The notes: a model not told the origin generated them from the sequence alone. DNA of 64,000 nt from IMGVR_UViG_3300047548_001236:1-64000, one strand, 5' to 3'; counted from the stretch's first letter, positions 44,755 through 55,829 are shown. Translations and numbers: made by a program.

Positions 44755-46635
44755 TCAACCTTTGTCTCTGTAGTATCGGTGAGTTACATGGCGTGGCTCA
44801 CCTCGCTTCTTTGCTAGAGCAGTTAGAGCTGCGTCCTGCACGCGATATGAGTCGTCGTTTTTGTAAGCATTCTCGAGCTGTTCTATAGTTGCCTTGCGAT
44901 GCTTGACTGCGTGTTCGCGTGTAAGCCAGTTGGGGCTCTGCAGTGCTTGAGCAACATGAGATTCATCTGCTTTTCTGTGCTTCAATGCGGCCTGGTGGAT
45001 GTGTGTCTCGTCTATCCACGATTGGTCAGTGTGGTTGAGAGCTTTTGTTAGTAGCTCTTTATCAGCATTCTTGTGTGAAACGACTGTCTTCTTAACGTAA
45101 GCAGAAGGATCTTCAAATCCTGCGTGCAGATCCGATGCTGTGTTTTCAGGATGTGCGTATGCAGCCTCACGTACAGTCCACGCAGGATCGGACTTCGCCA
45201 TCTTTATGTGCTCGGCTGTTGCCTTTGGATGTGTGACGACCGCAACACGAGCTATTGCACGATCGTTGGATTTCTTGTTCAAGACCCGAGTTAGAGTCTC
45301 TGGCGATGTCGATGGATGTTTCAAAACGTAAGCGACAGCGTTTCCAGATGTGGATGTGTCAACAATTTTATCAATGTGGTGCGATCGTGTGTTGGGATGG
45401 TCAGCAACTGCTGCTGTAATACTAACGTTATCAGCTGCCTCTGGACGCGATAGAATATCGTCAATATCTTTTGAAGTAGCATTTTGGTTTTTACGTAGTG
45501 CCGCTGCTGCTGTCATTAGATTAGAATGAGACATTCCAGCTCGAATTACTCTTGGTGTTGCATTTGGATGGTTAATAGCCATGTATGCAGATTGAGGATC
45601 TGTTTGGTTGTTCACAGCGTCCATCAGGTGGCGCTCTGTTGCTTGAGGGCTCTTCATGGCAGCTTGTCTAACCAAATTATGTTTGTCGCGAAGCGCCATA
45701 GTAATATGTTGAGGGATTATCTTATTTACATCTGTGAGAGCGGCAATGCGACTCTCATCATTACCCGTTTTAAGAATGTGTGTAATATGCGCCGATGTGA
45801 AATCTGGATGTCTTGCTACAAATCTTTTGACATCAGGATGTTGAGAGTCAAAGTTCTTCACCATCTGAACAATGTGTTGTTTAGTGATGGCGGGATGAAC
45901 GGTACGTGTCACATGATTATCATTGTAAACATCAGGGTGTTTTGTGAAAATGCCCGACGAGTATGGCCCACTTAGTTCTTTCGCTATACGATGAGAATCT
46001 TCCGTAAATTTTGGGTGACTAACTCCATATTCAGCATCGACGCTGTACATCGTGTGCCCTTGTTCGTTATGGTGCGGATGAAGAGTAGCACGGTATATTT
46101 CTTGGCCGTTTTGATCGTGGACAAAGTGAACGACCGTACCGTGCTTGATCTCATGCTTGAGGTAACGACGATTGATCCCATTGACAACATTCTTGCAGCT
46201 AATGTCTTTCCATGAATGTCCTCTCGGATGCTCGGCGTTAGGTGTGGGGTTTGTTTGTCCAGCAACTTCGGTTCCACGAACAGTCGTCGTCTTGTGATTA
46301 GTGTAGCCTGTTTGACGAACAGGGTCCTTGTCAAATTGCAGACGTAGGCTGTTGTCTTTGACAGCTCTACCTATCCGAACGTCACGACCATATTTGTCTT
46401 TAATGGAGCCACGAATGTAGTCATCATGAGATATGTCATGTCCGAGATGTCGTTCGATTTGACGATGGATTTCAGACTTATCGTCGTTCTTGATCTCACC
46501 ATGGACCTTATCGATGTCCTTGCCAAAGAAGTGATCGGTTGCTTCACGAGCTTTCGGTGTCATCTTTGTCTTAGCGTATTGATCACGCTGTTCGTCAGTC
46601 AAATACTCAAGAAGAAATGTCTTGAATCCAAACAC
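44755..46635 (-). CDS. Large HEAT/LRV-repeat protein with capsid-targeting-like N-terminus
   Basis: MFGFKTFLLE; about 24-aa repeats (VR.AA..HP.AT..HI..AL). Confidence 0.75.
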   Translation of the reverse strand: MFGFKTFLLEYLTDEQRDQYAKTKMTPKAREATDHFFGKDIDKVHGEIKNDDKSEIHRQIERHLGHDISHDDYIRGSIKDKYGRDVRIGRAVKDNSLRLQFDKDPVRQTGYTNHKTTTVRGTEVAGQTNPTPNAEHPRGHSWKDISCKNVVNGINRRYLKHEIKHGTVVHFVHDQNGQEIYRATLHPHHNEQGHTMYSVDAEYGVSHPKFTEDSHRIAKELSGPYSSGIFTKHPDVYNDNHVTRTVHPAITKQHIVQMVKNFDSQHPDVKRFVARHPDFTSAHITHILKTGNDESRIAALTDVNKIIPQHITMALRDKHNLVRQAAMKSPQATERHLMDAVNNQTDPQSAYMAINHPNATPRVIRAGMSHSNLMTAAAALRKNQNATSKDIDDILSRPEAADNVSITAAVADHPNTRSHHIDKIVDTSTSGNAVAYVLKHPSTSPETLTRVLNKKSNDRAIARVAVVTHPKATAEHIKMAKSDPAWTVREAAYAHPENTASDLHAGFEDPSAYVKKTVVSHKNADKELLTKALNHTDQSWIDETHIHQAALKHRKADESHVAQALQSPNWLTREHAVKHRKATIEQLENAYKNDDSYRVQDAALTALAKKRGEPRHVTHRYYRDKG

Positions 46636-46664
46636 TATCGTGTCCCCTCTTCATAAATAGGTTT

Positions 46665-46934
46665 ATGTTTATTTATGTTATAGGGACAGTTGAAAAGCAG
46701 AAGATCGGGTTCAGCAAGGATGTTGGACGCCGACTACGTGCGTTGCAAACAGGCAATAGCGAAAAACTAGTAATTCACCATTCTGTGCAAGTTCCAGACG
46801 AACAAGCGCGATACGTCGAAAAGACAATCCATCACGAATACAACTACTTGAGAATCAAGGGTGAGTGGTTCAAAATGACTCCTGATCAAGCTAAGATGTG
46901 CATCGAGCATGCAGCGATTAGATGGGCGAGTTGA
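46665..46934 (+). CDS. GIY-YIG (T5orf172/Mug113-like) protein
   Basis: IYVIG...KIGFS..V.RRL..LQTGN...GEWF. Confidence 0.85.
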   Translation: MFIYVIGTVEKQKIGFSKDVGRRLRALQTGNSEKLVIHHSVQVPDEQARYVEKTIHHEYNYLRIKGEWFKMTPDQAKMCIEHAAIRWAS

Positions 46935-46980
46935 ATTCAGATAAATACATCTGATTCAATCCCTCTATTAGGAGAACACA

Positions 46981-47343
46981 ATGTCCAAGTCTGATATTCG
47001 TACAATTGTCAACGAAGCATTCAAGGCTGCTCTAACTGAACAAGTCGATGAAGCTTTTGGAATTTTCAACAGACGTCGCGAAGAACCTCAAGGAATGTCT
47101 GCAAATGATGTCTCAATGAGAGAGCGCCATCATAGAAACATGACCGTCAAGCATACTGAGCTCGCCGATGATTTCGACAATGCAGGAAACCGCGAAGCTG
47201 GTGACTTCCATACAGCAGCCGCTGAGGCTCATAGCCGTGCTGCTAAAGCCCTTCAATTCCATCACCAAGATCCAGAAGGATACAAGAAAGCATCGGACGC
47301 TGCTGACAGGGCCTCGATGAGAGCAGACGTATTCATCAAATAA
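46981..47343 (+). CDS. Late hypothetical protein, possible internal protein
   Basis: ATAAATA and AGGAG upstream; VNE/LTE/VDE motifs. Confidence 0.6.
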   Translation: MSKSDIRTIVNEAFKAALTEQVDEAFGIFNRRREEPQGMSANDVSMRERHHRNMTVKHTELADDFDNAGNREAGDFHTAAAEAHSRAAKALQFHHQDPEGYKKASDAADRASMRADVFIK

Positions 47344-47357
47344 GATAAGGGCGCTGG

Positions 47358-47660
47358 TTAGGCGCCCTTTTTGTAAATCCGATGCTTAGCGATATGCCAC
47401 TTCTCGGTGACGAAGCCAAACTCAGTTTCGTCCGTCACAACATGAGCGACAATGCCCTTGACAAGAGCGCGACGCGTCTGAGTCGCGCCGGGCGGACCAA
47501 CATACACCAGATGAGGAAAGTGAACCAGTTTGCCGCCGTGCGCAGGAACGTGAAGAACAAACTCGGGATTGTCCGTATATTCGAACGTCTTACCATACTG
47601 ACGCTCAATGAACGAACCAGTAATGTCAGAAATCTGAACGTCGACCGGTGCATAAGCCAT
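47358..47660 (-). CDS. Hypothetical protein
   Basis: GGAG SD. Confidence 0.6.
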   Translation of the reverse strand: MAYAPVDVQISDITGSFIERQYGKTFEYTDNPEFVLHVPAHGGKLVHFPHLVYVGPPGATQTRRALVKGIVAHVVTDETEFGFVTEKWHIAKHRIYKKGA

Positions 47661-47733
47661 GTTACATCTCCTCTGTGGCAGGAATCACATACCACAAACA
47701 GAAATTGTGTACAACAAGAAAAAGGGCGCTAAA

Positions 47734-48630
47734 CTAGCGCCCTTCATATTTCTCTAATACTGCTTTCAGCTCTGCAATCATTCGGTCGACTGGAACCTCG
47801 CGTTTGACAGCATTGTCCAGAGAACCGTAATGATGCTCTAGGCAATTCATGAGAAGCTCTTTGACTGCTTCCTCGTCAGGGGCGTGCTGCAAGGTCGACT
47901 TGACGTACAGCTCTTCAAGATGCCTTTCAGCTTCGTTGAACCAATTGCGTAGCTTCTCCTCAGTCCATTCCCCACGACGGATCGATTTCAGGATCTCACG
48001 ATTCGCTTCGATATCAAGATCATGCTCGACAAGGATCTGCTGAGCTTCAAGAGCAAGTCGAACAACGTGATACGCAAACTTCACATCATAGCCAAACTCG
48101 TCGATTGAAGCCTGACGCTTTGGGTTCGAGGCATTAGCTTTCGTGCCGATCTTGTGAAGCTGAGCGTACGCGTATCCACGGAACTTGTGGTAGCTACCCT
48201 TATGGAGGAACAACTTGCGATTGTCTCGAACCATTTGCCCAATCTTCGATGCATACAGAACGCACCGTTGTGGGACAAACAAACTGTCGCACATGTTCGG
48301 GTTGTTTTCCATACACAGGTGGAAGTACTTCACGATCGAATAGATACTGAAATCGTATTCCTGACGAGCCTCAGCATCCATGATGTGGTGTTCCTGATAT
48401 TGTTCGAATCGCTGGATCTGTCGACCGAACCCAAGGATTTCTCCTCTTAGATGAGGGAAGACATCTTCCTTAGGCGGAATACAGAAACCATACACGTCCA
48501 TATCAGACGTATCGCTAGACACGCCATAGGCAACAGAACCCATGATCACCTCATAGTGAACATTCTGAGGCAGCCACTTAGGAGGAGCGATGAGCCCCTT
48601 TTGCTTCATTAGTTGAACACGAGATGCCAT
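47734..48630 (-). CDS. Pol-beta superfamily nucleotidyltransferase
   Basis: GSVAYG...SDMDVYG; NPN; YDVKFAYH..RL. Confidence 0.88.
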   Translation of the reverse strand: MASRVQLMKQKGLIAPPKWLPQNVHYEVIMGSVAYGVSSDTSDMDVYGFCIPPKEDVFPHLRGEILGFGRQIQRFEQYQEHHIMDAEARQEYDFSIYSIVKYFHLCMENNPNMCDSLFVPQRCVLYASKIGQMVRDNRKLFLHKGSYHKFRGYAYAQLHKIGTKANASNPKRQASIDEFGYDVKFAYHVVRLALEAQQILVEHDLDIEANREILKSIRRGEWTEEKLRNWFNEAERHLEELYVKSTLQHAPDEEAVKELLMNCLEHHYGSLDNAVKREVPVDRMIAELKAVLEKYEGR

Positions 48631-48633
48631 GTG

Positions 48634-49068
48634 TCATTCCTTTTGATCGAGAGCTTTACCCGATTCAATCCAACGAAAAAGATCGTCAGTTGAAGGGTTG
48701 TTAAACATTTGACGGAGAATCAAATACTCCATGCCTTTTGATGCAAGATGCTCGAGGGTCTTGCTGTCTCCATCGAGAGTGATCGTTACACTGTCCTCGT
48801 CCTCAATAATCTCGAAGTCGTCGCCGTCAGTGGTATCAAAATCCAGGCCTACGTCAAACTCTTGCAGATCGTCTTGCAGTTCATCAAGTAGCTCAGCGTG
48901 TTGTGCTGCAGTCGAGTAATACTCGTGGACAATCAACAAGCTGTTGATGAGTGCTTTGCCTTCGTAGTCGACTTCATGGGTACTTGCAACAACGCAAAGC
49001 GAATCAGCAAGACTTTGCCGGACGAGCTCAGAGACAGAGTCACTATCGACCGTTACGGTATATTCCAT
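48634..49068 (-). CDS. Acidic hypothetical protein
   Basis: ORF with SD. Confidence 0.6.
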   Translation of the reverse strand: MEYTVTVDSDSVSELVRQSLADSLCVVASTHEVDYEGKALINSLLIVHEYYSTAAQHAELLDELQDDLQEFDVGLDFDTTDGDDFEIIEDEDSVTITLDGDSKTLEHLASKGMEYLILRQMFNNPSTDDLFRWIESGKALDQKE

Positions 49069-49486
49069 TGTATTTCTCCTTGTATGTAGCCATCATATAT
49101 TGCTCGAGTTCGAAGGCTTGCCTTTCCCAAGGCAACTCAAAATAGTCAACCTCATGAACATTACCATTCCATGTGGACTTACGCGATCCTTCACCTAATG
49201 TCAACATACCACTTATGATCTGATTAACGTGAACCATTTCGTGAAATAACGTTGCGATGATGTCCTCTTTCGATGCGCGACGATTGACACGTATAGTTGC
49301 TTGTGTGTCATCATCCTGTTCAACGTCAGCATCCCCGTACTGTGGAAATACGATATCATATGTAAACAGTATCTCAATAGAAATGTCCTCGGGAATCCCG
49401 AGGACATCGCACGCATGGTTGATCACTGTATCGAGCTGCTCATATGATAACTTTCGAGTTGGTAAGTTATCAGCGAAATATATCAT
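49043..49486 (-). CDS. HExxH metallopeptidase-like protein
   Basis: TLFHEMVHVNQ...PWERQA. Confidence 0.7.
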   Translation of the reverse strand: MIYFADNLPTRKLSYEQLDTVINHACDVLGIPEDISIEILFTYDIVFPQYGDADVEQDDDTQATIRVNRRASKEDIIATLFHEMVHVNQIISGMLTLGEGSRKSTWNGNVHEVDYFELPWERQAFELEQYMMATYKEKYNGIYRNGR

Positions 49487-50835
49487 CAGCTAATCTCTTC
49501 GAGGTCGTCGATGAACTGCTCTTTCGGAGTAGTCGTCTTCCAGTATTTGATCTGCTTCTCAACGTCTTTGATCTGCTTTGCCAGCTCCTTGACCATCTCG
49601 TCAGTCAGGCTGAGCAGGTTGATGGTCAGCAGCCGATCGACGTCACTCGCCAGAGCGCTTGTCGTAGAAAGGATTTGTTTTTCAACGTCAGCCTTCTTCT
49701 TGTTCTTGAACTGGATTTTTTCATCCAACACAGCCTGGATGAACTGCATCTTGACATCGAGCCAACGTGCTTCCTCGGTGTTCAATTGCAGTTGATTGTC
49801 GATACGCTTCTGCAGAATCGTTGAACGGTAGTCGCAAAAGTCGACGATCAAATCCCGCTCATCAACATATTCTTTCAGACGTCCGTTGTGATCGATGACA
49901 GTCAGGTTCTCAGAAAGCGGCTTAGACAGCTTGAACTCTTTGATGATCTTATCATCGTCCCAAAGAGCAGAGATCTGCTGCTTTAGTTTAACCTCAAAGC
50001 GGAATCCATCTTTATCGCACATATCATCGTAGCTGACGATGTCTCCCTTCTCTTCGAGCTTGTCGAGCACTTCGACATAACCCTCACGGTCGAAACCGTA
50101 TGGGATCTCAGTGATCAGAAGAACCGTCTTGCTCTTGCGTTCAAACTTGCCGTTGCAGTAGTACTTCTGCTCTTGCTCATTATAGATCACCTCACCGTTG
50201 AAATGAGGATATTTGACTTTCGTCCGCTTCTTGATCTTGCCTGTCGTGACGTATTCCTTACACGCTTTGATAAGATCGACAGGGTCACGAGGAAGGATGT
50301 TGGTTGCGAAACCTGTTGCAATCCCTTTGATCCCATTTGCGAGAACCAAAGGAATCACTGGAACGTAGAATGCAGGCGGCTCATGTTCCGGATCAGGGTG
50401 AACAGGTGACAGCTTAACGTCCTTGATATACTTGTCAAAGTTGCTATGCAGCTTCGAGTATGTGTAACGCGGAGCAGCAGCGGACTGAACTAGCCTCGTG
50501 CCAAAGCTACCACGTCCTTCAACGAGGCAGATGTTGTTCGACCATTCAGCCGCCATCAATTGACCAGCACCTGCAGCGGCAGACTCGCCGTGGTTGTATC
50601 CATAGTCAGAAACAACGCCAGCGATTGCACTGACCTTCTTGAACTCGCGCTTCGAATTGACAATCGAGCTGTATAGGTAGAATCGTTGAACAGGCTTCAA
50701 TCCGTCAATCATATTCGGGATTGCACGAGATTCGACGGTATACATAGCAAACGAACGCCACTCGTTGTTGGCAATCGAAGATACAGGATAGAGACGAACA
50801 TCGTCGTCTTGGAAGAATTGTGTAAGATTGCTCAT
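49486..50835 (-). CDS. 52: DNA topoisomerase II medium subunit gp52
   Basis: RAIPNMIDGLKPVQR, YNHGE, AAPRY. Confidence 0.95.
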   Translation of the reverse strand: MSNLTQFFQDDDVRLYPVSSIANNEWRSFAMYTVESRAIPNMIDGLKPVQRFYLYSSIVNSKREFKKVSAIAGVVSDYGYNHGESAAAGAGQLMAAEWSNNICLVEGRGSFGTRLVQSAAAPRYTYSKLHSNFDKYIKDVKLSPVHPDPEHEPPAFYVPVIPLVLANGIKGIATGFATNILPRDPVDLIKACKEYVTTGKIKKRTKVKYPHFNGEVIYNEQEQKYYCNGKFERKSKTVLLITEIPYGFDREGYVEVLDKLEEKGDIVSYDDMCDKDGFRFEVKLKQQISALWDDDKIIKEFKLSKPLSENLTVIDHNGRLKEYVDERDLIVDFCDYRSTILQKRIDNQLQLNTEEARWLDVKMQFIQAVLDEKIQFKNKKKADVEKQILSTTSALASDVDRLLTINLLSLTDEMVKELAKQIKDVEKQIKYWKTTTPKEQFIDDLEEIS

Positions 50836-52664
50836 TTTGTCATAAACTCCTTGCGTAGGTTCGAGTCGTTACCAAACATCATCTGGAAGTATTCAGACTT
50901 GTCGACAACAACAGTATCGAACACAGGCTCGTTGAGAATCCGACTATACTCCTGTTCGGTCAAAGATCCAAGCCCTTTGATGTAGCGGTGCGTGTATCCC
51001 TTGCTGTTCTGCTTGAACGTGTTTGCTTCTTCATATGTGTAGAACCACTTGGTGTCCTTGCCGTTGGAAGAGATCATGATCGGGGAGCGAGTGATTTTAA
51101 CACGCTTCTCTTCGAGAAGTCTCGGCCAGAACTTGTACAAGAATGCGACAATCAGCGGCGAGATGTGACCGCTACCATCATGGTCGGAGTCAGTCAATGT
51201 CGCAATGCTTTGATACGTCATGCTATCGACACTGTCTGGATCACTGATATCCAAGCCAAGCACAGCAACAAGCTCGCTCAGCTCCTTGTTCTTCAACACC
51301 TCGGCGGGCTTCATATCCCACGTGTTGAGGATCACACCACGAAGAGGATATGCACCGATCTTAGAAGGATCGCGAACCTTGAGCAAGAAGCCCATAGCTG
51401 AATCCCCCTCGACCAAGCACAGAGTAGCTTTGTCGTTGTTTGCTGCAATGTGTTTTGCAACCTTGACCTTTTTCAGCTTTTTCTGCTCTTTCTTAGCATC
51501 GCGATATTCATCTGCTTCCTTCTTGGCAATCTGAGCGGCAATGACAGGCTCGACAATATCATCAGCAGCCATTAGCTTCTTGGCGATGTACTTGAAGTCG
51601 TGAGCCGTAGATCCTTCAAAGTGCTCTTTGACATTCCCTGCCGAGTTGGTCAAGCGCTCTTTAGTTTGGCTGTCAAACTTGGGATTGACGAAGTTGCGAG
51701 CAAACATAACAAACGTGAGGCCATTCTTCACTACTGATTTTGCGACTTCAATCTTATGCTTCTTCTTAATCATTGCGAGAAGCTCGTCCACGACGCCGTT
51801 AACAATAAAGTCGACATATGCGCCACCCTGACGAGTGTTGACCCCATTGACGAAGCTGGTCGTCCGGAATCCATCGTCCGATGCAGTGAAGAAGAACGAC
51901 AGGTTGTCTGTCTTTTCGATGATCACGGAAGCCTGCTCATCAGCGTAGAGAGCAGCGTACTTCTTGAGATCGTTGACCTCGATCTTGTTCTTATTGAACG
52001 AAAAGGTGATCTCAGGAAAGGCCATTTGAAGGCTAGTCAGACGATCGTGGATCAATTCCACGGTGTCGAAATCAGCCAGAGACTTGCACTCAAACAGAGA
52101 GAAGTCTGGAATGAATGTCACAGACGTGCCGCTTCCTGCGTGACGTGACTTACGCTTTACATCGATGTTTAACCCACCGTCGGTGCAATTGACCTCGACG
52201 ATCTTCCCTTCTCTCCAGGTGTGACCTTTGAAGGACGTAGAAAGGAAGTTGGTAGCAGACGATCCGACCCCGTTGGTTCCGATCGTCACTCGCTCGCTGT
52301 CGAAAGACGTTCCAGCATTGACACGAGTCCAAGCTGCAACCGGACGAAGGATCTTTTCGCCAGACGCAGCATCGAGAATCTCATCCTGAGGAATCCCACG
52401 TCCGTTGTCTGTGATAGTGACAGCATCCTCATCGACCGAGACGTCGATACGGTTTGCATGCTTGAAATTTGTTCTGATTGCTTCGTCGATGGAGTTGTCG
52501 AGAATCTCATCGATCATTTTGGAAAGTGCGGGAACGTATGTCGCTTTCTTCCACTTTCCGAGTACGAATCTCTCTACTTCTTCTTTCGAGGAAGATCCCA
52601 TGTACATCCCCACACGCAGCCTCACGTGATCTCTTGGAGATAGAATCTGAAATTTTTCCGTCAT
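50832..52664 (-). CDS. 39: DNA topoisomerase II large subunit (fused gp39+60)
   Basis: EILDNSIDE, DNGRGIP, EGDSA, PLRG, DSDHDG, YIKGLG. Confidence 0.95.
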   Translation of the reverse strand: MTEKFQILSPRDHVRLRVGMYMGSSSKEEVERFVLGKWKKATYVPALSKMIDEILDNSIDEAIRTNFKHANRIDVSVDEDAVTITDNGRGIPQDEILDAASGEKILRPVAAWTRVNAGTSFDSERVTIGTNGVGSSATNFLSTSFKGHTWREGKIVEVNCTDGGLNIDVKRKSRHAGSGTSVTFIPDFSLFECKSLADFDTVELIHDRLTSLQMAFPEITFSFNKNKIEVNDLKKYAALYADEQASVIIEKTDNLSFFFTASDDGFRTTSFVNGVNTRQGGAYVDFIVNGVVDELLAMIKKKHKIEVAKSVVKNGLTFVMFARNFVNPKFDSQTKERLTNSAGNVKEHFEGSTAHDFKYIAKKLMAADDIVEPVIAAQIAKKEADEYRDAKKEQKKLKKVKVAKHIAANNDKATLCLVEGDSAMGFLLKVRDPSKIGAYPLRGVILNTWDMKPAEVLKNKELSELVAVLGLDISDPDSVDSMTYQSIATLTDSDHDGSGHISPLIVAFLYKFWPRLLEEKRVKITRSPIMISSNGKDTKWFYTYEEANTFKQNSKGYTHRYIKGLGSLTEQEYSRILNEPVFDTVVVDKSEYFQMMFGNDSNLRKEFMTK

Positions 52665-52891
52665 ATATTTACACCTTATCGTTATATGTATTCGTATGTT
52701 GTTTTGTCCATATGTGTTTTGCGAGTATCTCGACGTTATCGTGCATCAGAAAATATTTACGCTCGATGAGATACTTAGCCTTTTCAATGAAAAGGTCTTT
52801 ATCAGCTTGCGAAATTTTTTCCCATTTCAACTCTTCTACCATGTCGCGCACCTACTTATATAACTACAACAAAGCCTACCAGAAGAAAACA

Positions 52892-53299
52892 CTACCGGTA
52901 GCGCTGGACGTTCACACCAAGTTTTTGCAATAATGTTATCCCTGCAGCGTCACGGTACATTTCATCGTAGTACACCTCTTTAATTCCAGCTGTGTACATC
53001 TGCTTGGCACACTCAACACATGGGGAATGCGTAACGAAAAACACCGCCCCTTCCGAACTTTCAGTGCACTTTGCTAGCTTAGCAATGCAGTTGGCCTCGG
53101 CATGCAATACTTCGATTTTTGTCTTACCGTTTTCGTCCTCACATGTATTGTCAAACCCTGGAGGGGTTCCATTGTACCCTATCGAAAGGATTCTTCCATC
53201 TTTAACAGCTATCGCGCCTACTTTAAGCCTCTGTGCCTTTGACAGAGAGGCAAAAACATGAGCCACTTGCATATAAGCATCTTTCATTTCTTGCTTCAT
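52892..53299 (-). CDS. cd: dCMP deaminase
   Basis: GYNG, HAEAN, SPCVECAK. Confidence 0.92.
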   Translation of the reverse strand: MKQEMKDAYMQVAHVFASLSKAQRLKVGAIAVKDGRILSIGYNGTPPGFDNTCEDENGKTKIEVLHAEANCIAKLAKCTESSEGAVFFVTHSPCVECAKQMYTAGIKEVYYDEMYRDAAGITLLQKLGVNVQRYR

Positions 53300-54165
53300 C
53301 GCTTGATCCTTCCTTTAACAAACCCGTCGGGAATGATTTCACCCTCTTTGAACTGGGTCTCAGTGTCTCCGTTATTGTACCACGATCTCTTGAGTCTCAC
53401 AATTTTACCAGATCTAACATCATCCCAGTAAGACGTTGCTATTCGAGATAGGTGACCTGATTCAGCATTTCGCTTGCCTTGTACTTTACCACCAAGCGAC
53501 GATGACTTTCGACGTAGCTCATCGTCAAGAAAGCACCCCGTTCTCTTTTCGTGCAATGCCTTTTTAACGTTTTTTATTCGCTTTTCTTCATCAACCATTG
53601 CACGAATGCGGTCCATGTGGCCGTTCTCTGCATTTCGTCTACCCTGGACAGAACCCCCCATTGACGCATACATCTTCTGTTGTTCTTCCGTTAGGGAAAG
53701 CCACCCTGTTTTATTTTCGTACATTGATTTCTTCAACGCTTCGACGCGCTTCTCGTGATCTATCATTGAGCGGATTCTTTCCATGTGACCGCTCTCAACA
53801 TTTCGGGCCCCTTGCATTTTTCCTCCAATGGAGTTGTATGTGATAAGGGTACCGTCTGTTTCATACCCCAAGGTGAGGTTATTGTTATGCATGTTCAAAA
53901 ATGATGGATTGTTGGCCGCATTCACCCTTTTCAAAAACCTTGTCTCGTACTGGTATGCTTGTTCGGGTGTATCAAACACTCTTATCTTCACTATTTCAAA
54001 TGAAGTGATACCTTCATCGGCTATTATCTGATTTACGACCTTAGATGAAGTCGTGTAGCCATTCTCTTTTAGGAGATTATCGGGATTTGAATGTTTTGAT
54101 CTCTTGCTTCCAGCGTAGTACACGCCTGAGCTCTTGTGCCGGATTATGTAAAAATATGGTTTCAT
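53296..54165 (-). CDS. GIY-YIG-like homing endonuclease with three internal repeats
   Basis: YFYIIR...YYAGS; GG..QG.RN.E.GH repeated three times; late promoter upstream. Confidence 0.75.
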   Translation of the reverse strand: MKPYFYIIRHKSSGVYYAGSKRSKHSNPDNLLKENGYTTSSKVVNQIIADEGITSFEIVKIRVFDTPEQAYQYETRFLKRVNAANNPSFLNMHNNNLTLGYETDGTLITYNSIGGKMQGARNVESGHMERIRSMIDHEKRVEALKKSMYENKTGWLSLTEEQQKMYASMGGSVQGRRNAENGHMDRIRAMVDEEKRIKNVKKALHEKRTGCFLDDELRRKSSSLGGKVQGKRNAESGHLSRIATSYWDDVRSGKIVRLKRSWYNNGDTETQFKEGEIIPDGFVKGRIKR

Positions 54166-54482
54166 AGTAGACCTCCTATTGAACTCTACCACTATTTATA
54201 TTTTTGTTCATCTCGGCATGTATAACAAGACTACCTTGATCAAGCCACCAAAGTGATGGCCTTATTAAGGTAGTCTTTCTTCAACTGAACCTTGTCCTGA
54301 CGGCGAATCGCCTTCTTGGACTTCTGGTGAACGCCGCCACCGTTACGGTTGATCAGATGCTGAACGAACGGGTTGCGTTCCTTCGGCGCTTGTTTCTTCT
54401 TGGTCTTCATCTTGTGCCTCCACATAGAAATGCTTGCTGTTGTACACCACATACAGCAAGCATATGTATCTTTCAACAGGGC

Positions 54483-54827
54483 CTAGAGTAGTTTCAGATT
54501 GCCGGTGATTGGTTGAAGGTTTTCGTGCGTGTCTGGCCCAACAGCAATGCACGTATTGGTCGGAACGCCGTTGAATACGGTTAGTCCCGAGTCGGTGATC
54601 AATTCAGCTATCAGACCAGCTTCGCGCGCTTTGTTATAGACCTCCAGCAATTCTTCTTCACTATTGACTCCTACAGCAATTTTTGTGAAAAGTCCACTGA
54701 GCCATTCTTTCACACGAGGATCATCCATATGAAGTAGAGTTGCTTTCATTGATGCATGTGCACCTTGTGCGATCTCTTTGCCTCTAGGCATCTTAAGATC
54801 TTTACGCATCACAATAATCTGTTTCAT
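54483..54827 (-). CDS. pth2: Peptidyl-tRNA hydrolase, Pth2 type
   Basis: KQIIVMRKDLKM..GK..AQGAHA; DSGLT; TCIAVGP. Confidence 0.92.
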   Translation of the reverse strand: MKQIIVMRKDLKMPRGKEIAQGAHASMKATLLHMDDPRVKEWLSGLFTKIAVGVNSEEELLEVYNKAREAGLIAELITDSGLTVFNGVPTNTCIAVGPDTHENLQPITGNLKLL

Positions 54828-55321
54828 TTTGCCTCTCTTACACCGTATCGCAAACGGTATTGGGTTTTGTATGGATACCACATGCCATGCATCGGTTTGA
54901 ACGTCGTTGGGTCGGTATAGAACCGTTCGACGGTCCGTTCAGCTTCCAGATTATCCACATATTCCTTGAGAACCATGTACAGAGGACCTGTGTTCGACAT
55001 TGCAAACAAATGGTCTTCTGTAGGCATGGCTACCGTTCTAGCCATGTACAAATTATCGTGGAAAATTGCAGTGGGTCCTGTCATGAAAGCCTTTTGAGCT
55101 TTCGCAAAGCGCTCACACACATCATCGAATTCCGGAGGCTTTCGAGTTACAGACCAAGCGTTTGGGGTGGAAGGGGTTTCAACAGCGAGGTGTCGATCCA
55201 TCACAGACTTCCACTCGTCATACGACGTTGTGATGGTGCACTCAAAGCCGTTCAGTGGTGTATCTTCGAACAGGCTGTCCTTACGAGAGGGGATTACCTG
55301 CACACTTTCAATTTGCATCAT
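54824..55321 (-). CDS. Hypothetical protein
   Basis: ORF in operon. Confidence 0.55.
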   Translation of the reverse strand: MMQIESVQVIPSRKDSLFEDTPLNGFECTITTSYDEWKSVMDRHLAVETPSTPNAWSVTRKPPEFDDVCERFAKAQKAFMTGPTAIFHDNLYMARTVAMPTEDHLFAMSNTGPLYMVLKEYVDNLEAERTVERFYTDPTTFKPMHGMWYPYKTQYRLRYGVREAK

Positions 55322-55829
55322 TGTTCTTCTCTCCATCTTGCTCTGCAGTCGGGGCAATGAAAATCAATCCAGTAGCTGTCTGCAGTCGGATCGTAGTTTC
55401 CTGTGTTGCTCCCGTGTTTCTTTGTAAGTCCAGGGTGTTGACAGGTTGCCTGTAGTTTGGCCAATTCTCCATCGAGCTTTTCACTGCGACGGTCAATACC
55501 TGCTAGCTTCTTACGGATCTCTTCTTGGGTCATTTCGTTGCTTTCTTGGGAAAACAGGTGCACTTTGTTCCGCACGGTTTTCCTACAATACAAAAATTGT
55601 TGGGGCAGATCTTTTTGATTGCTCTAACCTTTCCAAGTAATGTCAATTCACCACCCACCATACTTCATCTTTTGAATGTCTTGGAGAGCTTGAATCAGCA
55701 TACCGATGTTCTTAATGGAGACGGAAGAAGTTTCCTCCCGTCCCCAATAATTATCGGTGTGCGTGATGGTGACTTCTTCGCCGCCATCGTAAGCGATGGT
55801 GGTATGTTCATCAACGCGGCAACGATATG

